Source of the DNA: Selaginella moellendorffii
Taxonomy: Eukaryota; Plantae; Lycopodiophyta
NCBI RefSeq assembly: GCF_000143415.4
Contig: NW_003314278.1
Span: 26,855-57,989, forward strand
Direction of reading: 5' to 3'
Length of the DNA stretch: 31,135 bases
Position numbers and translations under genes: made by a program. This document shows positions 1 to 10,707 of the stretch, piece by piece. Every line of letters starts with the position of its first letter. Within the stretch, counting starts at the first letter, position 1. The notes below the pieces were generated by a model. It searched no databases, was not told where the DNA came from, and was given only the letters and a program-made list of their open reading frames with translations.

Positions 1-32
1 TATGTATGTATGTATGTATGTATGTATGTATG

Positions 33-64
<32 letters not shown>

Positions 65-278
65 TATATATGTGTATGTATATATATACATATATATATA
101 TATATGTATATATATATGTATATATATGTATATGTATATGTATATATGTATATATATGTATATATATGTATATGTATATGTATATATGTATATATATGTG
201 TATGTATGTATGTATATATATGTATGTATGTATGTATGTATATATGTATATATGTGTGTGTGTGTGTCTATATATATA
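1..278. repeat. Compound microsatellite (TATG)n/(TA)n/(TG)n, truncated by the window start
   Basis: Directly visible in the sequence; the MYVC-type ORFs here are repeat artefacts. Confidence 0.98.
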
Positions 279-719
279 GATGGTAAATAACTATCCCAAT
301 ATTAATACTAAAAATTCACTTATTTTGCGATCATCCTTTTAAAGGTTCAAATGAGTCATCCCACTAAACCACTTATCTATGGATGATAAACACCTGTGAA
401 TATGTGATATATCCTAAGTTGAGATGTCAAGATATATATGTGATCATTGTTTGAGAGAATCTTCTTTAAACAAAAATGCTAAAAAATCACTCAATTGAGA
501 AAAAAGTATTTAATAGAAGTTATAATAGATGCACTAACTAGAGCACTAACTTCCACCTAATGAATCAAATAGTTAAAAGTAACAATGATGTGCTCAGAGT
601 TAGCAGTTGAAAAAGGCCCTATCAAATAAAATACTATTAACTCAAACAAATAAGAAATAGCAATTAACTCTAATATTTAAACAACTAAATTTCATTTTAT
701 TTTAGTCACCTAACCATGC

Positions 720-1800
720 CTTTGAGAATTTAGAGGAGTCTGACTCGAGATGATGGTCCTATTGCCAAAGGTCCACTCAAAGAAGATCTTTGGAGGGGGC
801 TCTAGATTTCCGTTCTCCTCCAAACTCAAGTCCAAAAAACTTTCTCAACAACATCACCTTCTTCCATAGTTATACACTTGACAAAATACTTGAACACCTG
901 CCTCATTTCTCCTTCTGTAAAGCGCTGGCTCAGGTGTACCTTTGCCAACAAACTCGGCCAGGTGTCATGATATGAGACCAGTGTAAAATAGGAGATCGTT
1001 GATGTCATTGTCAAATGGCTCATTGAATGGAAGAAAAAAACCTCATATCCGTTGCTATGAACTCACACTTAAATGTCGTGCACCAGACAGCTCTAGATCT
1101 GTTGACAATCCAGCTCAGATATTCTCTTGCAACTCAACAATCCTCTTCACTGGAGAATTGTATACTGAACATTGTTTGCTTGACATTGAGTGGATATCAC
1201 TTTGAACTTTGATTTCTTCGAGTAGAGACCAGAGCTTTGGATGGCCCAACGTAAGTGAAAGACAGCGGTGGAGAGAAAAATGTGTCTGAGAAGCACAGAA
1301 GTTCCAGCTTAGTCGAGCGCAACGGATCGCAGAGCTACATCAAGGCCTCTTCTCGGTTTAAGTTGCTGAATTGCTGCACGATTTGCCTGTGCCACTGCCA
1401 TACCTTCAGGAAACATGTTTGCCGATGTACCAAACTGAGGAACAAAGTTTGATTGGTTAAAGATTCTTAAGCACAGTTTGGAGGATTGGAAGCATGTCCG
1501 GCAAGAGCCATCGAAAATCTTCCAGCCTCTAGAGAGAGTAAGAAGGTGACACGTCTTTAAGTGCTCGCAAACCTTCCCATGCTGCCGATGGTGGCAATAG
1601 CTTGTGGAAGAACTCCACAAGATAGGGAGCCAAGATAAAATTTCTGGTTCCTCCATAATAACACCTTGCTCCCTTCCTGATGACTCAGGTCCGTCTCTTA
1701 TCCGCTACACCAGTTTTCTGTACATCCTCTGCTGGCAAACGCTCCCCTGAGGATTACTTGTGCTTCTTCTTCTTCCGTTTCTTCTCTAATTCTACAGTGC
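720..1800 (-). pseudogene. Possible decayed coding sequence of unknown identity
   Basis: The minus strand reads as protein-like text broken by stops (e.g. ...NFILAPYLVEFFHKLLPPSAAWEGLRALKD..., ...WPSLLAKVHLSQRFTEGEMRQVFKYFVKC...). A possible GT..AG intron lies at ~1803-1868. No family recognised. Confidence 0.25.
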
Positions 1801-2221
1801 CTGACAATTCTCTTTACTCCTCCTTACGTTGCAGATCGCTCAACCCCTAAACGCTAAGATCAGAGATACCTTGGAATAGTCCTTAGCTTGCTCCTCACAC
1901 AGCTGGTTACTCCTTTTGATCAACCACAGCAAATTCTTGGCATTGGAGCGCACAAAGGATTCCAAGCTCCAAAGCGTTATTCTCTCTATTATTTTGAGAT
2001 CTAACGTATTTTCTCACCACTAAGCCAAACCGGATTAAAAGCTAAATGATGATGTGCACGTGTTTTAATTTGACTAATTCCTGGACAATAATTGACAAAA
2101 GAATGGCCCACGATCACTTTTGTGATCATGGAGTCGCGAGCTCAGAAAAGGACTCTAAAGAGGGAATTTAGAGCCTCGAAAGGAATCTGTGTTGCTCGTA
2201 TGCTCTTGACAATGATGTCGA

Positions 2222-3369
2222 TCATGGCAGGATCTCTAGCACCTTGAACTGGGCGACGCTCCCCTCCCTGTTGGAAACCACGTAGTCGACGATCCGATCG
2301 AAGGTCCGTTCTGCAGGAGCTTGATCTCCATGGCTCCCACGCTGCCTTCTCTCCGATTCCTCAGGTAAACCACAGACAGGGACGACTCGAGCATCGAGCA
2401 GCACTCCTCCAGCTTGAGCAGCTGGAGTGATCCAAAACCGGCAAGGAGAGCTCCCAGTAGACGACGTAGTGGCCCGGATGCGAGCACAGGTCTACCCTGC
2501 TCGTGTAGTCCACCACAAAAACATCCTGCGGCAGTGAAGAGCAGGCGTTGACGACCGCGGTGTGGAGCTCGAGCTCGTCAGTCTTGTCCGTGTCGACGCT
2601 GAGGAGCACTCCCGCGCGGCGGACGAAGGCAAACTGCGGCGCGCTGCTGTAGAAATCCACCACTCGCAGCACGTCCGGACCCTGTATCTGTACAGCCCCG
2701 CTCGATTCGTGATGACGAGACGAGCTCGTACTCCTTCCTGAGATGCACATCTGCGAGCTCCACAATTTCACCACTGGTGCTGTTCTTGCAGTTGGAACTA
2801 GGAAGGGAAGATGGTGTAAAGGATTGGCGATGGAGGGGAGAGAGGACTCAAGTTGACCCCGAGGCTGCTGCACTCGGAGGAAGCGTAGAGCGGCGAGGCG
2901 ATGGGCAATTCGCCGCTGAGGAAGTCGATGACCGGATGATCCCGCGCCAGTTTTTCTTGCTGCACTCGTAAGTTTCCGACTTTGGGTTGGTTGGGCACTT
3001 TTGCTTGCCACCCGAGGTGCCGGAGCTGCAAGTTAAACTTGTGTAAGTTTCCATGGCGCTGGGAGATTTCTTTCGAGTTACGTTACCTTTCAGCATTTCA
3101 CGGACTGAAGCATCGGTGAGAATTCTCGAGTCGTCACCGCTGGCCATCCTCGTGACGTCAGACTCGATGTCCGTGTAGGACGAGAGCGACATGGCTCGCT
3201 TGAAATCGTCGCGGCAGGGAACTCCACACAGGCCGTGTCGCTTGAAGTATTTTACGTTGCCATTCTTTGCGAGGATTTGCTCCAGAATGCAGGCTTGCAC
3301 AGCGCCAACGTCACGAGTTATGTCGCCAACAAAGTTGAGGATTTGATCGTCTGAGTCTTTGGTGTTCAT
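2222..3369 (-). pseudogene. GH3: GH3 family acyl-acid amido synthetase (auxin/JA conjugating) pseudogene with frameshifts and a large internal deletion
   Basis: ATG at 3369 (MNTKDSDDQILNFVGDITRDVGAVQACILEQILAKNG...). Motif I SSGTSGGKQK is followed, in different frames, by PVIDFLSGELPIASPLYASSEC..GVNLSPL (motif II), ELADVHLRKEYELV, DVLRVVDFYSSAPQFAFVRR..LLSVDTDKTDE.EL, PGHYVVYWEL, LEECCSMLESSL..VY...R...SVGAMEIKLL and TFDRIVDYVVS..GSVAQFK, ending at stop 2222. The collinear motifs are spread across all three minus frames. Confidence 0.9.
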
Positions 3370-5112
3370 GATGAGCTGAGCGTCATACCGGTGCTCCGTA
3401 GCTCGGAAGAAGATTGATTTCCCCCAAAAAACTATGCAAGCGAAGAACAAGGAATGTGGTGATTTGGCAGAGATAAAGAAAGAGAGCGCTAGAAGCTTTG
3501 GACGAGACGAGACAAGCTGGACGATCGATGATGGAACAAAGATTTGCCAAGTGCTGGCTTTTATAGAGAAGAAGCACGACCGAAAAAGAGGATGTTTTCA
3601 GGTCGTCTGCATGTTTTCACCAAGAAAAAGAGAGTCATACTTGGAGCGCAATCAATGTTGAAGTCAGCAATATACTAGAAACCTAAAACCTCGTGGACTC
3701 TTAAAACCTGACATTCAATCTTGGGAGACTCGTGATTTTCGTTCGTGGAAGACGAGACGACAATGACCCCAACAGAGATAACCACAGGGGAGCGTCTTTC
3801 ACAAAACTTTGAAAGGCTTGCCGCCGCTCTCTTTCTCCTCAGAAGTTCCTCCAACTTCTTCTAGTGCCCTTCGCAATGACTCCTCGTGCTCCTGGAACAC
3901 AGAATTCATGACTTTGTGGATACGCTCTACGAATCTTAGCTGTGCGACTTACTTTCACTAGTCGTTTGGCGTGTTCGATTTTAGTCGTGTTCCAAGTAAA
4001 AAATGTAGTTTGCACCCTTTATCTCTTTCATGAATACAATTTAAAAGCTTTGAGTATTTGTAAGTACTGTGAAAACCTTGGCTTTTTAGAAGGATGATGA
4101 TAGATTTGAATGACCTTGAATGGCATTTTATAATTACCATTAAAATAATAAAATTGAGCTTCAAGGTTTATAAAAATAAATGCTCTCAATTAAATTTTTT
4201 TCTCATGCACTGGGAGATGCTGCTAACAAATATTTCACCGTCCTTTTGTTATATAATTACAAGACACAGAATGATAGAAAGCTAAATAGTATAAATAATA
4301 TAAAACAATATTGCACAGTCAATGGATCAATTTATTTAAAGTACTTGTATAGTGAATTTTCTTCTTGGGTTTTTGGCAATCTTTGGTGATCCTTGTTGGA
4401 ATATTGTGAGAGTAGCATATTTTTCTTGTGTTGGAAGACAAAGCTGTGGAAGTTTGATCATGATTATCACGAATGCTCAACGTTCTAAATGAGATAGTGG
4501 CCAGGGAAGCAATAACAATTACAATGGAAAGTTGTGATGTGTAAATGCACCATTCTCATAGTCAGGTACCTCCTTGGCATGGTATCTTCGTTTGCATGCT
4601 TGCTATACTAAAATTCCATTATATATATATAGTGAAGGCTGAATACAAAAATAATCAAAATAGTTGGCACACCCCAAGTCTGCACAGTTTTAGCTTGCTA
4701 GTGGACTTGAGGAGGGTTGCTAGAAGCCTTTTTCTATGATCGAAAAGCTCTCACTAAACTCCTATTAAGCATTGTTGATGTAGTGGATGGATGCGGAATT
4801 GCCGGGGATTTGGAGCAGTAGCCACCTTTTGCCAAGGCTTCAGGAACATTTTCATGTTGAGGCCTACATGTACCTACTATTTTCAGCCTTTATATAACCG
4901 CGATCCACCAGGCTATTCATGACGGAGTGTTGTGTGCAAGTAGGAGGCAAGAACATACCTGAGGCAGTTGGTGGCCCAAGTTTAATATTTATAAGAGGAT
5001 TTGGTTGTTAAAAAAATGATTGATTTATTTTCTGCTCGCTGGAAGCTGTTCGGAGAATGGACAAGTGTTCTTAAGCTTTAGGCCGGGACGAGTTAGAGTT
5101 AGGGTTCTCGGG

Positions 5113-6870
5113 ATGGCTTCTTCGCACGGTAAGACGCCCTTATCCGCGCTGTGACCCTGATGTTTGTTCCAGTTCTGTTCGAGGTGTTTGGGAGCTATCA
5201 CGACTCGCGGTTTGTGGAGTGCCGCCCAGGCAACGCGATGAAAGTTCTCCCGGACGAGCCAAAAGCAGGCTGCTTCTTCAAGCTGACGCTTGACATCCCC
5301 GCCAGAGCAAGCTTCTCTATGTTCGTCAGGACTGTGTGGAGCTGTTTAAGGAATTGGAGGGACGCCTTGAGCAGGAAGATTTAAATGGAGGGAGTGAGCA
5401 GGAAGACGTACGAGGGGCAGCTATCCCGTTTTGGAAGCTCTTCACAGGGCACCCGGGAACTGGAAAAACGATGATTGGCCTGCAGCTCTTGTTCACGTTC
5501 ATGAAGAAAGGACGCACTGTTGTGTACCACAACAAGATCATATCTTCTGGCTACGCAGTGTTCAAAGAGAAAAAACTTCATTCCGTAGGGGATAGAGCTG
5601 AGGTTGAGGGGTACTTAGGTGACCAGCGGACGATCTTCATAAATGACGGCTATGCTTTCAAGGGGCTCGGTTCCATAGCAGCCAACACACTGCTGATTGC
5701 AAGTGACAAGAGCTTTTTCAAGAGTTATGATGTTTTTTACGGACGCTTGTGGAGTGAAGAGGAGGTCAGGGAGTGCCACGAGCTCGTGTTTAGGGGGCAA
5801 CTAGATTGGGGCGATGTCCAGCGACACGTTTACTATGCTGGTTTTGTTCCAAGGCACGTGTTCCCGATACCACGGTGGTTCCTTTCTGTTCTCAACCAAC
5901 TGGAGGCTGAAATCGAATGCGAAAAATCACTGCTCTCCGTGATCTCTGCGGTTGTCTGGACAAGGAGTTCCCGGATTACAGTGTCCACCTTGACAGAGGA
6001 TCTTATTCGGCTAAAGGTTACACGAAGATTGGCTCAAAGTTTATAATGGAACAGCTGCTTTTGCAACTTGACGTGCCGCACTGGCGCGATGCGCTTGTAT
6101 CCTACAAGACGCGGCGAGGTCCCGTAGCGGATTTCAGAGGAGAGATCATGGAACTGCTGATCCATCTCACGTTTCCAAAGTTCCTCGCTGACTGTGAGCA
6201 GATCCTGCCCCGGACCATGCCCGCTCGAGCTCCAGGCAACGTCCAAAAGCTGGTGGTCGATGAGCAGGAGGATCTTCACGTCTATTTCTACTCCAGTTTT
6301 GAGGATTTGGAGGTGAAGATCAAGGATTGCCTGGACAAAGGTGCGAAGGCAGCTTATTTCTGGCCAAGGTTGCAGACGGATGCTGTCGTAGACAGCGTTT
6401 TCATTGACTTCAAGCGGCAAGTTACGTTTCTCCTGCAGGCCACTGTGGCCAAGACGTGTAGGACTGTTGTCTGGCACCCAGTTCACAAGCTGGTAGGCTT
6501 CCTACGTCAAAACAGCATAGGAGTTGCAGGGCTGTATTTTGTGACATCGGAAACCAGTTATACTCACTTCGGCTACCAGACCTGGAAGAAGGTGAGAGGG
6601 GTGCACCAAGATGAGTTGATACTGCCCGATCTTCCTCAGTACAAGGTGAAGTTTAAGATGCTCGAGAGCGACATGGAGAACCTGGAAAAGCTGCAGGAGT
6701 ACAGGGACGGCATTGATGAGATCTTGAAACTAATGGCGGTAAACACTTGTGTGCATATCAACATTCTTGACAAATTTTGTTTTTGGCAGAAATTCGGCAA
6801 TGATATGCCAGAGTGCTGTGTCCGGACGACTGACACGGACGTGGAAACTACTCCAACTGCGTGCGTGTGA
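5113..6870 (+). pseudogene. Crinkler/RHS (CR)-type protein: P-loop NTPase plus C-terminal PD-(D/E)xK-like restriction endonuclease-fold domain; two apparent frameshifts (~5330, ~5950)
   Basis: ATG 5113; phase-compatible intron 5129-5172. NTPase part: FVR/DC.ELF, Walker A LFTGHPGTGKT, VVYH, Walker B-like IFINDG, TLLIAS, WSEEEVREC, YYAGFVPRHVF. Then GSKFIMEQL, GEIMELLIH, YFWPRLQTDAVVDSV...FLLQATVAK, LYFVTSE...F.YQ and LPQYKVKF, matching the motif order of Crinkler NTPase+REase modules as I recall them. In-frame 51-nt intron 6739-6789; the true 3' end may extend past 6870 through a further intron. Confidence 0.8.
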
Positions 6871-7307
6871 GTTTTCTGGTATTTGCTTGTGAATGTTGGT
6901 TGGCTTAGCCGCTTTGAGCAGGACGCCTTATGCGTGGAGTGATCCGCTGGAAAAGCTTGGAGGGGACGACCGTTTTTTGCAAGGTTCAGACTTATGTTGA
7001 TAAGTTGTTGATGTACTTTCTCGCTGTTGTGCTGGACAACACAACACAAGCTGGACAATGCAGTTTAGGATAATTATTTTTTGTCTTTGGGAGCTGGAGT
7101 GATGTCAGTGATTGCTGTGTCTTCGTAAAAATATAATTAAGATAAATTTTAGAGTGTAGTGACCATGAGGTGCTTTGAAGAGTTTAGAACCAAGGCAGGA
7201 TCATAAAATGTGATGATATAACAAGTTTATGAGGGAGTGTTCTTGAGTAAACGGGTGAGTATATTGTTTTTGGGCGTGACTATTTATTTTGAGCTATCAA
7301 ATAAAAA

Positions 7308-7617
7308 TAGTAACTTCAAGGAGTGATCTGGATAGCAGGAAAATTCCAACGATATGGAAGTCGAAGTTTAACAGGTTCGTGAGCTGTCACGGGAAAATGT
7401 CTGTGTGTTCTTCTTTTTATGTCTCTATAGAGAGTGTCTTCATAAAATTTTCTGAAGCATTTTCTTGTGACATCTGGAGAGTGGGAAAATGTCACAGGAA
7501 AATGTCTGTGTGTTCTTTTCGTTTGATAATGTCTCTATAGAGAGTGTCTTCTTCATCATTTCTATAGCATTTTCCACAACATTTTCCCGCTCTCCAGATC
7601 ACTCCTTGAAGTTACTA
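7308..7617. mobile_element. MITE (non-autonomous TIR element, probably TA-target Tc1/mariner type)
   Basis: 37-bp inverted termini including the flanking TA: TAGTAACTTCAAGGAGTGATCTGGAtAGCaGGAAAAT (7308-7344) versus the reverse complement of 7581-7617, with 2 mismatches. Internal ~75-bp direct duplication; no coding capacity. Confidence 0.85.
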
Positions 7618-8623
7618 ACCTACAAATTGGGGAAGGGATATAGATGTAATTAGACTGCAGATAAGGACCACCATGATAAAGTTTTTTACTCAAATACCTC
7701 AACTACATCTTTAGTTGACCAATGCTCATTCAATTGCAATTTTAGTAGAGGAATGCATGAAGTTATAGTTGAAGTAGTCATCACTAATAAACTTTGTTGA
7801 AAATGGAATAAACAACATTATAGCCATTAAATATTTAAGGATGTTTTCAAACCTTATTACAAATATTTTGTGACTTGAAATTGTTTGTACTCTTATCATT
7901 TACAGATCTTGGATATTTAGCTCTCAAAGTCTAAAATTGATATTCACTATTAACAATAGTTTGCATTTGTATGCTAAATTGTCATTTATAATCCCTCCGC
8001 TCCTGTCCATCAAAACCACTTGGAACTCTATTTTCTGACTACATAATATATGTGTTTCCGTGCTTCTCCACAAATGCTCTCACAAATTTATTTAATATCT
8101 TAATGCAAGTTAATTCTTCTTACCTAGAATGTTATAAAGACCTTATAAAAGATTTATATTAAGATCACCATTTAATTTTCATGAGTGTAGAACAAATGCC
8201 ATCAATGCAAATTCTACTACAAACTTATCCCTCGTGACCTTGAGTGGAATTTCTTTACTTAGAAATCCATTAAACATATCATTGAATTGCCACATTCAAA
8301 TAAGTGTGTTGTCGATGAAAGAAGAAGTAACATAATTACATAAAACCATAGAAGAGTGTAACCTTTCCTATTTTTGAACTATGTATTGAACAATAAATTC
8401 TCATACTTCTATCACTATTTAAGATTGATAAAGAATGTTGAAGATCACTACAAACTCTTCTTCTTTGGTATCACCTCATTCTCCAAAGTCACTACCTCAT
8501 CCTCCAAACCAAAAGCACATTGACTCTATCATTCCCAATTGCTCTTCTACCTCTTTGCAAGAAAAATTCAAATTAGGGCTTTTTAGGGCAAAATTGTGAA
8601 TCAAGATTCGGGATCTTGCTTGA

Positions 8624-8862
8624 TTAGCCCTCTAAGATCCTGGACAGTGTAATCCGGGAACTCCTTGTCCAGGTAATAGGGTCCAGTGATTTTTCGCGTT
8701 CGATTTCAGCCTTCAGTTGGTTGAGAACAGAAAGGAACTGCCATGGTTTCGGGAACAGTGCTTTAGAACAAAACCAGCATAATAAACGTGCCGCTGCACA
8801 TAGTTGCCCCCTAAACACGAGCTTGTGGCACTCCCTGAGCTCCTCTTCACTCCACAAGCGGG
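8624..8862 (-). pseudogene. Inverted partial copy of the Crinkler-type NTPase gene
   Basis: RLWSEEELRECHKLVFRGQL...VQRHVYYAGFV...FLSVLNQLKAEIEREKSL...WTRSSRIT closely matches ~5744-5987 at the nucleotide level, with small indels. Confidence 0.9.
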
Positions 8863-8886
8863 GCTCGGGAGCCATGTGATGCTAGC

Positions 8887-9060
8887 GTGTTTACGAGTGG
8901 TGGTAGAGACGAGCAGCAAGAGGGTCACGACGGCCGGACGATGGAGAGGGTCCGGTCCCTGCTGCTGGAACTTTTAGAGCCCATGAAACAAGCTGGATAC
9001 GTCCCCTACACAAGGGAAGTTTACTTGGAGCAGCAGGGTGGCACAAGCGAGGATCCGTAG
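8887..9060 (+). pseudogene. Fragment of a PLS-class PPR protein (E+/start of DYW region)
   Basis: VFTSGGRDEQQEGHDGRTMERVRSLLLELLEPMKQAGYVPYTREVYL resembles the (V)HxFxxGDxSH...IxxxLxxLxxxMKxAGYVPDTxxVL consensus. It stops at 9058-9060 with no DYW catalytic core. Confidence 0.7.
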
Positions 9061-9472
9061 CAAACATCGTAACCGTCTTATCGACCGAATCAGGACCCGC
9101 AATCAGCAGCGTGTCGCCGCGGCTCTCCCCCGCATTCCTGTCGCGACGAGGAAGCTAACTTTAGGAAGAGCCCTAACGAAATGTATCGATACCAGTCAGT
9201 GTTTGGGCGAGCTCTTCTCAACTCCCAAAAGCTCGAGGATTAATTGCTATTGCGCGCTCTAGCTAGGGAGGAGTGAATTCGTGCCGGGCGGCTGGAAGAG
9301 TCGCGGCGCAGCGGCCGCATTGGCGGAGGCCTCCATTCTTCGCAGGCAGTGATGCTGAGGAAGAAAAGTGGATTAAGAATAGTCTGCTTTGATTCTGGAA
9401 ACTATACAGTAAAAGGAAGGATCACTCCTCCATGAGAGATCCCTCCATTCTTCCAAGTCTGAGATCTATGAT

Positions 9473-9757
9473 TTAGAAGGGAATGGCGCTTGAGACACGA
9501 GGATACACCACTCTCATCGGATGCCCGATCATCCTGCGCCCCTTGATACGGCGAAACGGGTACATGATCGCTCCCACGGGCCACTCCACCGCCGCCGCAA
9601 TTGCGAATGCCACAAATCCTAGCGTCGGCCCGATTACCTTGACATGGCATGGATTCTGCCGAGTCCCGCACTGCACGCACGACGGGATCCTGTGCCTGCG
9701 AGTGCGAGTCGTCGCTACTGGAGTAGCAACGTGAGTAGTCCCCACTGCTCTCGTCAT
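9473..9757 (-). CDS. Small (94 aa) conserved plant protein of unknown function with a Cys motif and one hydrophobic segment
   Basis: Uninterrupted ORF from ATG 9757: ...CVQCGTRQNPCHVKVIGPTLGFVAFAIAAAVEWPVGAIMYPFRRIKGRRMIGHPMRVVYPRVSSAIPF*. I recognise this as a land-plant conserved small-protein motif. A TATA box lies upstream. Confidence 0.8.
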   Translation of the reverse strand: MTRAVGTTHVATPVATTRTRRHRIPSCVQCGTRQNPCHVKVIGPTLGFVAFAIAAAVEWPVGAIMYPFRRIKGRRMIGHPMRVVYPRVSSAIPF

Positions 9758-9820
9758 TCTTCCTTTGATCAATGCTCTGGAAATTGAGAAGAGAAAACAC
9801 AAACTTCTTTCGCTTCGCAC

Positions 9821-10053
9821 TAGAAATTCTGTCTAGCTCCCATATGAGCTCTTCTTTTATACTCCTTGAGATGGCACCACGTGTAGCAATTGGCGAGCGC
9901 CAGCTGCTTAGCTCAAAACAATGCCACCTGGCTTAGCCGTCACTACTTTGAATCGCAGTCGTCCACATGGCAAATCTGATCGGACGCTCGAAATTTGAAA
10001 TTGCTTTAGTGGAAAAAGCCCTAAGTGACAAACTAGGGCTTGGGAGCTTGGGC
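9821..10053. promoter_or_regulatory. Compact divergent (bidirectional) promoter region
   Basis: Only ~300 bp separate ATG 9757 (-) and ATG 10054 (+). TATAAAA on the minus strand at 9855-9861; G-box CACGTG at 9878-9883. Confidence 0.6.
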
Positions 10054-10707
10054 ATGGACGATCAAGCTAGCGCGGTATGTAAAGAGGCCATTCCATGTCT
10101 AGGTCTGAAGATCTCGTTGTGAAGATAGAGGAGGAGTATATTTTGTTGGATTTGGAGGAGGTCTTTCACGGCGGAGCGATCCCGACCAATTGTCCATACA
10201 CTCTTTCGGTATCCTCCCCGATTTTTTGGATTTGTCTCTAACAGGAGCGAACGAATCTCTTGTTTAACAGGGTCTGGACACGCTTAATCCCATTCTTACT
10301 TTGGGCAATGGACTGAAGCTTGTTCGTCTCTCTTTCTTTTCCTAGTAGAACTTATTTGAAGCTTTCAGATCGGAGAGTACGAGGACACTGTCGGGTCCTG
10401 CATTGTTTTCTCTGAATCTGGTAAGGGCCTCCATTTCCATCTCACTGACGTTTCCGAAACTTTCGATTTCTTCCAGATGAGCCAACCGAAACAATCCGCG
10501 ACCCGGTTTTCCCCCTGGACATCGTCGATCCAACAAAGCAACCGATCCAAAAAGTAGTCAAGAGCGTTTGCTCGCTGCAGAAGAAGCTTAAGTTTCGCGT
10601 CATGAGTGACAAGGACCAACCTCTCACTGGTAAGTTCTCGCAATTCCATCTTTTACTGCTCCCTCTCTTTCTCTCTCGCGATCACAGGAGCAACAGCGAC
10701 GCAATGA
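10054..10707 (+). CDS. General transcription factor IIIC subunit 6-like (TFIIIC_sub6 / tau55-related) protein, 6 exons
   Basis: Exons 10054-10074, 10125-10208, 10271-10321, 10369-10420, 10477-10629 and 10688-10707 are all GT..AG and phase-compatible. Product: MDDQASAIEEEYILLDLEEVFHGGAIPTNCPYTLSGLDTLNPILTLGNGLKLIGEYEDTVGSCIVFSESDEP...VKSVCSLQKKLKFRVMSDKDQPLTGATATQ*. GLDTxNPIL...GEYEDTVGxxxxF is the family signature. Absent from the ORF track. Confidence 0.88.

Noticed and set aside
2-290. Three MYVCMYV ORFs
   Set aside because: They are translations of the microsatellite.
3957-4000. Possible Helitron 3' end (CTAG-T on the minus strand)
   Set aside because: The upstream sequence is a direct repeat (GAACACG x2), not a GC-rich hairpin.
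10342-10649. Minus-strand ORFs
   Set aside because: They are antisense shadows of the spliced TFIIIC-sub6-like gene.
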